Source of the DNA: Thecamonas trahens ATCC 50062
Taxonomy: Eukaryota > Protista > Apusomonadida
Assembly (NCBI RefSeq): GCF_000142905.1
Contig: NW_013657660.1
Span: forward strand, 148,056-212,055
Reading direction: 5' to 3'
Length of the DNA stretch: 64,000 nt
Shown in pieces: positions 1 to 11,515 of the stretch; within the stretch, counting starts at the first letter, position 1, and the number at the start of each line of letters is the position of its first letter. A program made the position numbers and the translations under genes. The notes under the pieces were generated by a model. That model was not told where the DNA came from and did not search any database. It saw only the letters and a program-made list of their open reading frames with translations.

Positions 1-164
1 TCCTGCGGGCTCCTGCCGCCCCTGCCGCTCCGGCGGCGGCGGCTGACCTGCCGCTCCGCCGCCGCCACCCAGCCCACCCTCAATGTCTGCACGCGCTCAC
101 CGCGTCCGAGACATCGATGCTCCTGGACGAGGCCAAGGAGCTCGGCATCGATCTCCGCCTCTAA
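1..164 (+). CDS. Probable 3' end of an upstream gene (partial)
   Basis: Open frame ending ...ETSMLLDEAKELGIDLRL-TAA(162-164), convergent with the next gene; no recognisable domain. Confidence 0.35.
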   Translation, partial: LRAPAAPAAPAAAADLPLRRRHPAHPQCLHALTASETSMLLDEAKELGIDLRL

Positions 165-185
165 CTTTACACACTTGCCGCGGCC

Positions 186-1379
186 TCAGTCCCGGGTCCT
201 CCGCGCGAGCCGGGCGGAACGCCGGGTCGGAGTGGTGACCCCGGTGGCGACGACAGCCTCGGTTGATTCGGCCGAGCCGGTGTCCGAGTCCGAGTCTGAG
301 CCCGAGTCCTTGGCGGCGCCATGGGTCTTGCCAGCAGCTGACTCGTTCTCGGGGAAGGTGGCCATCATCTTGCGCTTAAAGGTGGTGTCGGTGCGGAAGA
401 CCTTGTCCCAGATGGTAAAGACCGACGAGTACTGGGTGGTAAACGTCATGTGGTGGACCTGGTGGGCAGGCGCACCGGCCCAGCCGGGCACCCAGCGGTT
501 GAGCGACCACGGAAAGTCGTAGCCCGAGTGGACCTCGATGGTCTGGACGAGGCGGACAATGAGCCAGACCAGAGGGTGAGCAAGTGGTCGCAGGTGAAGA
601 TCGGGCCGAGAATGGTGCCGAGTCCCAGGATAGCAGTCTCGGCCCAGTGGGCATACTCGGCGGCGATGCCAAACGGCTCGTTGTTCTCGTGGTGGATCTT
701 GTGGATGTGCTTGTACCAGAACGGCCGGTGGAGGAGCCGGTGGCACCAGTAAAAGTAAAAGTCCTCGATGAGGAAGCAGAGCACGCAGGTCTTGGCGATG
801 GAGAGCCACGACGGGAACGGCATCTCGATCCGCATGCCCATCATGGTCACAAAGTAGTGCGTAAAGGCAATCATCGGGCCCTCGATAAAGACATGCAGAA
901 AGAGTAGCGTCTTGAACACAGACCACAGCCGCTCCTTGCTCGGATACGAGCCAGCCTCGATCTTGTACTTGGCAAAGTACGGAATGGCATCAGCAATCAT
1001 GTACGGGACCGCGCAGCCAAAGTAGCACAGCTGCTCCCCGTCCGCCACCAGCCCGCCACCCGATCACAGCACCCACCCACACCCACACCCACACCCACAC
1101 CCATAAAATCCCCCTCCCACACACATTATGAGTCACTATCTCCCCCCCTTCCCCTCCCTCTCTTCCTCTTCCTCTCCCTTCCCCCGCCCACGCGACATCC
1201 CACGTGTCAGCCCCTCCCGCCGCCCCTTCCCCCCCCCCTGCCCCGCCTACCTCGTGGATGACAAAGGTGCCAATGTAGACAAAGGTAAACTCGGACATGT
1301 TGTTGAGGCAGTACGACCACACGGGAGCAAGAATGTGGTCGCTCCCGTCGCCGGCAAGCATCGTCGTGTTGGTCGCCAT
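186..1379 (-). CDS. ERG25: C-4 methylsterol oxidase (sterol desaturase / fatty acid hydroxylase family); exons 1379-1251 and 1030-186; apparent 1-bp frameshift near 570
   Basis: His boxes HRLLH, HKIHHE, HQVHH; AAEYAHW and EVHSGYDFPWS motifs; GT-AG intron 1250-1031; ORFs 446..1048 and 186..926 join as TLW-VWLIVRL if one G is added. Confidence 0.88.
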
Positions 1380-1586
1380 CCTTCTGGTGCCCAAAGCGTC
1401 GAGTGGCGCTCCCTGTCGGCCTGCGGCGCAACTCCAACCCTCCGCCAAACAATGGCTGCTCACGTCAGGCACCTCCGACCGGAAAAGGTCGTCACCCGGC
1501 CAACCGCCGATCACGATCACGATCACGATCGCGAGTACGAGCACCACCCCACCCCCCCGCCCCACCCACCCACCCACCCACCCACC

Positions 1587-4500
1587 ATGCCATCCCCAGA
1601 GGCACGCTCGGTCACCCGCAAACGGGACGCCATCCAGACAGACCTGGCCCTTGCCCGCAGACGTCGGGATGACCTCGAGGCGGCGCACTCGGTGGCCACT
1701 GCCCCGCAGCACTCGACACGGACCTCGGTGGCCGACCACGCCATGGCTGCGGCTGCCGTCCGCGGGGCGGCCAACGCTGAGCGATATGCGGTGGCGCGGG
1801 TCTCGGTGGAGGCGCTCCGCAAGCGGGCGCACATCTCGCACGTTGTCCTCTCCAACAACGCCACCCTCCACGAGGTCGGTGCCGCATCGCTCGACGCCCG
1901 CCGCCGCGAGGACCTCGCCGACATGTCCAAGCTCGACTCGGCGCTGCAGCGGGCGGCGACGTCTACGAGCCACATCACAGAGCCGCTGCCGGACACGGTT
2001 GCGCGCGCCAAGCTCGAGCAGCTCTTCTCGGTCGACAAGCTGCGGGTGCTCAAGGCGAGGTTCGAGGAGGCCGACGCCGACGGGACCGGCGGCCTCACCG
2101 AGGACCAGTTTGTTGATGCCTTCTCAGCCCTCCTCGCCGGCGATCTTGTGCCATCGTCGCGCGCCGCCCGCGACGCCGTCCGCCTCCTCTTTCACAAGAT
2201 CGACGCCAACTTTGACGGCACCGTCGACTTTGACGAGTTCCTCTCCTACATGTACGCCGACCTCGAGACCTCGGCCTCGAACCTCAAATCTGCCGCCGGC
2301 TCCAAGCCCAAAACCTTTGCCCAGCGCTCCATCAGCACGCCCTCACCGCACCGCGAAGCCATCATCGGTGTCTTTGCCCTTCCCAAGGCCCGCCTCCTCA
2401 CTGTCTCCAAGGACGGGGTCTTTGCCGTCTGGCCCACCACCTTCCTCCGCGTTCTCGCCACCCACGTCCACTCGTCGGCCACCACCGCCTTTGGCTCGGC
2501 AGCGTCGACTCAGGAGACCGGTGGCATCTTTGGCTCGCTCGCTTTTGCCAGCGACCGCGCCCCGGGCGCTACCGACGATGCCAATCGCCTCTTTGGCCCC
2601 ACAAGCCGCACCTCGTCGGCGTGGGTCACCGACGTCACCTTTCTGCCGCTTCTCCAGCTCCTTTTTGTCGCCACAGACAACTTTAAGCTCTCTGTCTATC
2701 ACGTCAAGGACAACATGGTCTTTGAGCGCCTCGTCGTTATCGAAGGCGGCTCTGCCTTTTCCGCTGCCGCGCCCACCCCGCTCATGGCCAACGTCCCGCT
2801 CTGCATTGACGTCCAGGCCTGCCCTCAGTCCAACACTGCCGTCCTGGTGCTCGGCGACACCTCGGGCACCGTGACTGTTCTCGAGTTCTCCACTCGCGAG
2901 GCCGTCTCACTCGGCTTTGCCGCCCTCCTTGATCCCGAGGCCGTTGCCGCTGGAACCGTCTCGACAGCCCTCTACACCCACGCCCTCCTCCCCTACTTTC
3001 ACCACCCGACTGATGCACCGGTCATGACCCAGCCGTCGGCCCGGGCGCGGCCGGACCTGCCACCGTCGGCCGCCGCCGCCACCGCCGCCGCCCTGCCTGT
3101 CGAGCCGACCCCGCACGGCGCCCCGCTCCTCCCTGTCACGCTCCCACTGCCAACCGGACGCGTCGACGAGACTCAGCTCCTCCCGCGGGTCGCCGCCGCC
3201 CAAAAGGCCATCTCGCGCTGGATCGGCAAGGTCATGGTCCTCCCGGACATGACCTCGTTTGCGGCGTGCTCGACCAACTCGTACGCCGCCCTCTTTGTCC
3301 GTCACTTTGACACCAAGGCCGGCGCCCAGTTTGAAAAGGTGTGGGCCATTCCCGGCGGCGTCGCCGACTTTGACTACTGCCCCGCAGCTTCGGGCTGGCA
3401 CTTTCTCGCCACTGGCGGTATCGACCGCGCCGTCCGCCTCTGGAAGCCAACCTTTGCCTCCTCCGAGCCGCTCGCCCGCCTCACTGGTCACTCCCACCCG
3501 ATCACCAAGGTGGTTCTCTCGCCTCCTACCCAAGAAGTCCTCGCCCTCGCCACCGACAACACCCTCCGTGTGTGGGATCTCGAGAGCTACAGCCTGCTGC
3601 ACATCATCGAGCCGTTCGCTCCGCTCGCGCCGAACGAGCTCATCGCCTCGCTCTTCCGCGATCCCGACGGCGACTACCTTCTCGCCACCACCACAGACAT
3701 CATCCCCTGGCGCGTTGTCCTCGCCTCGGGCCCAGAAACCTCAGAGACTCTGCTCCGCGGCCGCAACGTCGCTGCTCTCTACGAGCCGTTCTTCAACGTC
3801 GTCATCAACGTCACTTCGACAGGCTTTGTCCGCGTCTGGGACATCTCCTCGGGCAATCTGAAGAACACTTTTTCGGTCATCGAGCGCAAGACTTCCAACG
3901 CTCTCACCTCGCTCCCAGGCTCGCTCGCTGCCTCGGAGCTCCCGCAGCACTCGTCCGAGCAGGTCCAGGCCGGCGAGCTCGAGTTGGCTGTCCCCTCGAT
4001 CCTTCCGCCGTTTGCAGGCGACGGCATCGATCCGCACGAGCGCCGCCTCGCCAACGTGCTCAAGGCCACCCGCGCCGACCAGAGCTCCGCCACCTCGTCG
4101 TCGTCCGCCCGCGGCGCCAAGGCCGCCAAAGCCGCCAAGGCCTCTCGCGCCCGCGACGAGCTCAAGTCCAAGCTCGCCCGCCAGTTTGTCGCCGCCCTCG
4201 CCGAGGAGGACGTTACCGCCGCCTCGCTCGCCGGCCGCAAGCTCGTGGTCGGCACCTCGCAGGGCGCGCTTTCGGTGTGGAACTTTAACAACGGCCAGAG
4301 GCTGTGGGATCTCGACGATACTCTCACTGAGCCGGTCATGGCCATAACTGCCGCCGTTCAGCTCTCGGGAGATCATCGCAAGGCGGCCGGTGCGCTCATT
4401 GCCTCAGCCACCGCTTCCAAGACCCGCGTCCTCGACCACCAGACCCGCCTCGACCTCTACAGCCAGCTGCATGCTACGCTGGCCTCGGCCGCCTCGGAAT

Positions 4501-7500
4501 GTTCCCGCACCATCCTTGCCACAGGCTGGTCGCGGGTCCTTTCCATGTTCAAAGACTCGAACGCGTCCGGCGACGACCGCAAGTGCATGCTCAACCATCC
4601 ATCTGGCGCAAGCGCCGTGTCTGCCCCGCGGTCGTCGCCACCGCCGCGGGCGGCGGCCTCACCGCGTAAGCGCCGTGCCCGCGCCACGCCCGCGCCTCCT
4701 ATTGCCTCAGGCGTGGCCTCGGCCCGCCGCTACCCGTACACTCCACCGTTTACCAAGATTCGCGCGGACCTTGCCGCCGGCACCTCGTTCTTTGACTCGG
4801 CCCATACCAACATTGACCCGTTTGAGGAGACGCCGCAGTCGTACGCGTCGGTCGTCGAGGGCGTGCTCTCACCGCACAAGGCGGCCTCGCGGCGGAGCTT
4901 CGAACCAGGAGGCGAGGGCGCAGTCAGTGCTGACAACTCGGCCGCCCGCGCCCGTGCTCGTCGCAAGAAGCGCCGTGCCCGCCGCCGCCGCCGCGCCCAA
5001 GCCAAGCTGCAGACCTCGGCCGGCTCGGTTCCCGGCCTCAGCCTCTCGCGCACTTCGATTGCAGATCTCTGGCTCTCACTCGGCTCGGTCCAACCTGCGT
5101 CGGCCGAGCCCTCGCCCACACCACGGACTCACTACGCAGGCGATGTGGCTGAGCTCACGGCATCGACTACCCGCCCGATTGTTGCTGTCCACATCTCTGA
5201 GGTGCCAGACACCGAGTCGTCGAGCTCGGAAGCAGAGTCGCCAGGTACCTCGGTCGACTTGCTTGCCAACGCCATTGTCAACGAGCTCGGCGAAATGCCT
5301 GCCGCGCTTGCTGGGCGGCAGCTCAGGCGGCAGTTCTCGCTCCTCGCTGACGCCAACGTCGACAATCTGGTGCTCGGCCCGGCCAAGCTCCTCCAGCCCG
5401 AGCCGACGAGCCCCGAGGTGACCGATTGGCGCTCGTCGTCGACGGCGGTGCTGGGCAACAACCCGCGGGTCCGGAACGTGCGCGGGACGCGGGCAGACGG
5501 CTCAACCCTCACCGAACTTGCATCGCTGGTCAAGGTTGCGGCCCACGCAGGGTGTGAGTCGAGCTCGGACTCGGAGGCAAGTGGCTACACCTCGAGCGAC
5601 TCGGACGCTGTGTCGTCGTCGTCGAAACTCTCACGGACCAACTCGGATCGGTCACGGTCGCCGCTCCTCTCCGAGGCAGCGGCCACCAACGCGTCGATCA
5701 CCTCGCTGCTCTCTACAGCGTCGGTCTCCAACCTGCGAACGGCATGTGGGCGCCGCGACCGCACCGCCGCCTCGCTGCAGCGCCACGACGAGGACGTGCT
5801 CTCGATTGCCTTTGCCGCGCCCAACATTGTGGCAACCGGCTCGTATAACGGCAAGATCTTTGTGTGGACTATGGGCTCGCGCTCGCCGAAAGCTATTCTC
5901 CACGCCGAGGAGCACAAGGAGGCGTGGGCGACCGGCGGGTTTTCTGGCGAGTGCGCAATCCGGGTCCTTGCCTTTGCGCCGTACCTCGCTCAGCTCGCCT
6001 CGCACGAGCTCCCGCCGCTGCTTGCCGGGTGCGGCGACGGCTCGCTGCGGATGTGGGATGTGCGGACGGGATTCGAACGCGACACGCTGCACTTGGCGAG
6101 CGCCGAGGCCGGCGGCGGGCCTATCACTGCGCTCACGCTTGATCCGCTCAACTATTTTGCGTTTACCGGACACGCCTCTGGCCGCGTCATGATTGTCTCG
6201 CTGCAACACGGGCGCGGGAGGCTGGTGTCGGAGGAGGAGGGCATTGTAGTCTCGCACACCATGCCGATTGTGGCGTTGAGCTATGTGTGGGGCGGAGCCG
6301 CACACGGGGCGCAAGACTCGCTGGTGGTCTGCACTCCGGGCTCAGTCTCGCTGTACAAGCTGTACCTCGGGCGCGACAGCTCGCACGCAACCACACTTCG
6401 CGGCGTCGAGCTCACTCACATTGTGGCGGCGTCTCTCGTCGGCCACTTTACCGAGGTCACCGCTCCGCCGGTATGGAGCATGGCGGCGTACTCGGGGCCG
6501 ATGGCGCTGCGGCGTAGCGTGCTCGCGTCGTCGTCGAGCCGCGCGACTGCGCTTGCTGCGCTGCGCGAGCACGCCAACCAGGCCATGCTCGTCTCCAAGT
6601 TTCGCAACAAGGTCAAGGCCCGACTGGCGGCACAGCGGCTGCCGACGACCGATCCGTACCTCGGGAGCGAGTCAGACTCGCAGCTTGTTGTGCCGTCGCT
6701 GCTCTCGAGCCAGGAGTCGCGCGACAAGAACCCGTACCACGCGCCGTCGATCCCATCGGCGCTGCCGGCTGTGCCGCCAACTGACCACTTTTTCCGCGAA
6801 GCCAAGTTCCCCAACGTGTCAGAGAAGCGAGTCTTTGTCCACTTTCCGACCGCGTCCGACACTCCGCTCACCTGCCCACCGTTCCGGGCACTTGCGAGCG
6901 ACCCGTCGTTTGCGCGGCGCATGCGCAAGATCTACGGTGTCTCGTGGACAGCCAAGGCCTCGTACAAGCGGCTCAAGCGGGCGCTACCGCGAATTGTGCT
7001 CAAGGCTGCCGCCCATTTGGATGACCCGGCCACACTGGAGACCATGACCAAGGTACCGGCCGAGGTGGCCAACCGCTCGTACGGTGGCGGCGCTGCTGCC
7101 GATGAGCGCCTCGCCACCGGCGAGGTGCCGGAGCATGGTGTCGAGACTGCAGCTGGTGCCGATGGCGCCGAGCAGGTCGATGACGACGATGTACCTGCTG
7201 CCGGCGCGCCTGCGAGTGAGACCGCCGCGCCACACTCACAGACCGACGAGGAGCGGCTGCGACGCGGGGCGCGCAACCTCATGCTCACCTACGCAGTCGG
7301 GGTGCGCAGTCGGGGTGCCCGAGGCCGAGATGACGTCACGGCGGCGCGGGTCGGTCATGGCAGACATTGCAGTCCGGCACGGCGCGGCGCGGTACGGCGC
7401 TGTCGATCATGAGACCGAGACCGAGGCCGCAGCGGCGGCGGCGTCACACGCCGGCTTCTCGCACGCCGCCGAAGTTATTGCGGCGACGGCGTCGATGCGT

Positions 7501-8352
7501 CACGGCTCGCAGTCGATCAACATTGCGCGATCCCTGATGCGCGAAGGCTCGATGGAGCGGGTCCTCTCGGACGTCTACAAGTCGTTGCTGCAGCCTGCCG
7601 AGGCTGCGCGGCAGGGCGATGCGGGCGCATCGCTGGTGCTCAGTGATGACGACGATGACGGTGACGATGACGGTGACGATGACGACGGCGAGTCTGCGGA
7701 TGACGACGGCCAGCAAAGCGGAGCCGACTCGGAGCCACAGGCCAGCGACGGGATCGAGCTGGGCGAGACGGTCGTGGCCGGCATCGGCTCGGGCGTCTCG
7801 TTACATGTCTCGCTCGAGGGCGAGGGCGAGGCTGAGGCTGACGAGGCGCGCGACTCGTTCCCGACCAGCCCTGCACCGGCGAGCAGGCCACTCGAGGCGG
7901 CGAGCCACGGGGTGCGGAGCAGCAAGCGGCGTGACTCGGTGGTGATGCTCTCCCGGGCGCTGCACGCAGCCAAGGTAATGGGTCGGCTGCGGGCGGGGCG
8001 GCGCGACTCGGATACGTCGTCGACAGGCTCGGCACGGTTCCTCTCGCCGCGGATGCGGCCCGGGCGGCGGCTGTCGACCGACTCGGTCGACTCGGACTTG
8101 TCGTCCGAAGACCCGCTGCGTGACCTTATTCCCGAGGACGAGCGGCGGCGCGGCGAGGTGACGCTCCCACCGCTGCAGTTTGGCCGGCTGGCTGACTCGC
8201 TCACGCCGTCGTTCCAGGCCCGAGTCAAGTCGACGCCGCAGTTCCACAAAGCCGAGTCGCGCCGCGACGTCTGGCGCCGGACAGTGCTCAAGAAGCAGGC
8301 GGACCGTACGTGGGACGTCCACAAGCAGCACAAGTCGGTGCGGCGGCGGTAG
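1587..8352 (+). CDS. Large EF-hand + WD40-repeat protein (WDR49/WDR64-like); frame broken by a 13-bp tandem duplication at 7292-7317
   Basis: EF-hands DADGTGGLTEDQF and DANFDGTVDFDEF; WD repeats (LTGHSHPITKV..LRVWD, ATGSYNGKIFVW, DGSLRMWD); removing one CGCAGTCGGGGTG copy fuses ORF 1128..7412 with 7084..8352; start taken as the ATG after the CCCA tract (uncertain). Confidence 0.72.
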
Positions 8353-8364
8353 ATACCGCCTCGC

Positions 8365-9354
8365 TCACGATGTCTTGAGCTTGGAGAGGAGGTCCATCCG
8401 CACGATGCGGCGGCTCGGGTCGACAGCGTCGCGAATGAACATGTCCGCAAAGGCCTTGCCAAACTCGAGCTCCGAGGCGCGGAGGCCAAAGAGCGCCGAG
8501 ACGTTTCCGCCCTGGGTTGGATCGGTGGCTGAGACCGAGAGCGAGATGTGGGCGTGGCCATCGAGCAGCTCCGCCGGCGTGAATCGGGCGAGCGGCGAGT
8601 GTTCGTCGATGTCGTGCATGAGGGTGAGCGGGAGTGCAAAGGTGGGCATAAAGTCGCGGCGGAGAGTGAGCGGCAGCTGGTGGCGCCAGGTCGAGCCGTC
8701 TGGCCCAGTCTCAGAGATGGAAAAGGTGCAGCGGAAGGAGGCGTTGATGAGCCTGTTGTCGTCGCGCTCGTTAGCGATACGGAGCATGACAACAGGCGCG
8801 CCCATGTGGCAGGCGAGGACCGCGCACGACGAGGCGCAGATGCGGGCGCGCGGCCGGGCAAAGCGCGAGAAGACCAGGCCGGTGACAAAGGAGAAGCACA
8901 TGACCTTGAGCAGCGACTCGGCGCAGAGCATGATGTCCATGTATGTGGTTGAGACCGAGTACTTGCCCAGCCCCAGGCCGGTCAGCACGTTGAGATTGAT
9001 GAGGATCTTGTGGCCCATGGTCCGCGGGGGCGGATCAAAGCCAGCCCCATCGAGCTGCTGCAGGGCGACACAGACGAGCGCAAGCGCCGTGTAGAGGACC
9101 GCCACCCCGGCCACAAACACCGCCCACGGGCACGAGACAGCGTAGTAGAAGCCATCCGCAGCCAGCGAGAACCGCTTCCCGCCCCGCCGCACATACACCA
9201 GCGCGTCCTCGGCACGCAGCGCCTCGCGCGCCGCCCGCCACCCGGCCACCGCCGCCGCCGGCACGCCCTCGTTCACCGCCTGCACCAGCGTCACCCGCCG
9301 CCACGCCTCCTCTGCGTCGTGCTGCTGCAGCAGTGGCGACGACGGCGAGAGCAT
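8365..9354 (-). CDS. Inward-rectifier K+ channel-like protein (Kir/KirBac family) with a divergent filter
   Basis: M1-pore-M2 layout; GLVFSRFARPRARI, MLRIANER, LMHDIDEHSPL and FGKAFADM match Kir cytoplasmic-domain motifs. Confidence 0.85.
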   Translation of the reverse strand: MLSPSSPLLQQHDAEEAWRRVTLVQAVNEGVPAAAVAGWRAAREALRAEDALVYVRRGGKRFSLAADGFYYAVSCPWAVFVAGVAVLYTALALVCVALQQLDGAGFDPPPRTMGHKILINLNVLTGLGLGKYSVSTTYMDIMLCAESLLKVMCFSFVTGLVFSRFARPRARICASSCAVLACHMGAPVVMLRIANERDDNRLINASFRCTFSISETGPDGSTWRHQLPLTLRRDFMPTFALPLTLMHDIDEHSPLARFTPAELLDGHAHISLSVSATDPTQGGNVSALFGLRASELEFGKAFADMFIRDAVDPSRRIVRMDLLSKLKTS

Positions 9355-9636
9355 GGCAGGTTGGAGGGAGACAGGCGTGGCTCATGTTGGCTGGGTGCCC
9401 ACCCTGGTCGTCCGCGCCATCGATCGCTGGACAGCCATCTGCCGTGAGTCATCTGCCTGCACTCTCCGTCTCTCATGATTGCCCATCGTGGCCAGATCGG
9501 TGCTGTGAGGCATGTCCGCTGGCAGCTTCTGCGTCGGCTCGCCGCCGCTCACTCGTGCCACACTCAGCCGTTGCCTCCCCCCTTCCTCCTCCCCACCCCC
9601 ACCCACCCACACCCCACCCACACCCATCCCCCAGTC

Positions 9637-11510
9637 ATGCCGAGACGGACGCTGGGGGACCTGCTGGCGGCTAGGAGCTCGTCGCCCACCGCACGCATCG
9701 TGACCGTGGCCGAAGACGGGAGCGCGGGCGGGGTTGGTGGGCGGGTGGTGCAGGCGGCGGCGGCGGCGGCGGCGGCGACAGAGGGACGGGACGAGGCTAC
9801 GGGCAAGAGGTCCGGCAGGGGTGGGGGCACCGGCAGGGGTGGGGGCAAGACTGGGGGTGAGGCACAGCGGCTGGGCGATCGGCTGGCGGCGCGGCGGAGG
9901 GCGGGTCGGCGTGGGAGGATCGTGACCGTGAGCACAGAGGGAAGCAGCGAGGTGCTGGCTACGGTGGCAGAGCTGGCTGAGGCCGCCAGCCGGGGTCGGG
10001 GTGCAGTGTGGCAGCAATGGCGTCGCGAACGGCATCGGCATCGGACTCGGGCTCGCAGTCAGGCGATGGCGGATCGTGGTCGGCGTCGGGATCGTACACG
10101 GTCTCGCTGCCGGCGTCGCCGACACGAAGCCTGTTGCCGACAATGGAGTCGGCAGTGTTGCGGCCCGAGGGTAGGCATGGGCTCGAGCAGCCAGCGTCGC
10201 CACCAAGCCCACGGATTACGGTTGCACCGGCAAGCCTGACGGGAAGGCGGCGCGGCAAGGCGGCAGCGAGTGTCGAGGACTGTGACGAGACTCAACCCGG
10301 CACGCCGCAAAAGCATAGCAGCCCTGCCGAGCAGCTGCGGGCGGCAGGTGATGAGCGGTTCGAGGCGACCAACTCGGTAGTGGCGTCGATGGACGCGCTC
10401 GTGGCGGCGCAGCACCAGGCGCTTGTCATGGGCAACTTTCGCGAGGTGGCCAAGGCGCGCAAGGCAATTGTGCAGGCTCGGGCGGCGCTGCCGCGAACGA
10501 TTGCCGCCGACCTTGGTGTGGCGCGCCGGCGCGATGCCGAAGCGCTGGCCCAGATGAAGCACGATGTGCTGGAGGAGTTTGAGTCCGAGACCGCGGCACT
10601 GGAGGCGCGGCTGCGGGCCCAGGCTGCGGCGCGGCGCGAGGCGCTTGAAGCCAAGCATGCGCGCGAGGAGGAGGAGCTGTGGGCCAAGGTTGAGGCCGTG
10701 CCTGTCGCCTTTCACTGGTCGTCGTCTCTGCTCAACGCGGCGGCCCGGATCGAGGCGCTCATGGCAGCCGACGAGTGGGACGCGGTCGAGCGCGCCATGC
10801 CGCAGTTTGAACGGAGCAAAGAGGACGAACTTGCGCGGTGCACTGGCGTCGCGCACGCCAAGGCGATGCGACAAGTTGAGTCGCTGCGCAAGCGGCAGGC
10901 GCGCCAGCTCGACCGTGTCGACGATCGCAACCGCGAGCGCCGCCGGCACGCCCTCGCCAAGCGACGCGCGCATCGCGAGCGCATCCATAAGGCCTTTCGC
11001 AACATGGCGGCCGACTTGCAAGAGCACTACGCTGTGCTTGGGCGGCGGGCAAACAAGTTTGGCCACGCGTTTGGCCTTGCATCGGCGGCAGGCAGCGGGC
11101 CAGCAGCGGCGGCGTCAGCGGCGGCGCGCGCAGAGTACGATCCGCAGCTCTCGCCGCTCTCGCCTATCAAGCGGCGGCAGCTCGAATCGGCGTCCGGCGT
11201 GGTGTGCGACTCGCCGTCGCGGCCGCTGACTCCGCTGCGAGGTGCAGCAAGGTCGCCATCGCGCGGGGGCCGCAGCTCTCCGTCGCCCGGCGGTGCCGTT
11301 TCCCAGCGCGCAGGCCTCCGCACCCGCCACAAGCCCAACCTCCTGTACATTGATCCATCCCATTTTAAGCTGCGGATTCGGAGCGAGGCCGCGCCTCAGG
11401 GCGGCACGTTTGTGACCGAGGTCCCGACCGCCAACAAGCGGACGGCGAGCCGGCCGGTGGTCCGCCTGCCAACAGTTCAGCGGCTGGCGCTCAATAGCGA
11501 GGAGCAATGA
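9637..11510 (+). CDS. Coiled-coil hypothetical protein; starts at ATG 9637 with a 1-bp frameshift near 10008, or at ATG 10017
   Basis: 500-aa ORF 10008..11510 with a charged heptad region; ATG 9637 follows a C/A-rich 5' tract like other genes in the window. Confidence 0.55.
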
Positions 11511-11515
11511 CCGCC

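Noticed and set aside
186-1379. ERG25 and the other frameshifted genes as pseudogenes
   Set aside because: Motifs are intact with no additional stops; single-base indels in short runs point to assembly error
1128-1586. 5' extension of the 2094-aa ORF overlapping ERG25 antisense
   Set aside because: It lies over ERG25 exon 1, intron and the shared C-rich spacer; read-through is expected at this GC content
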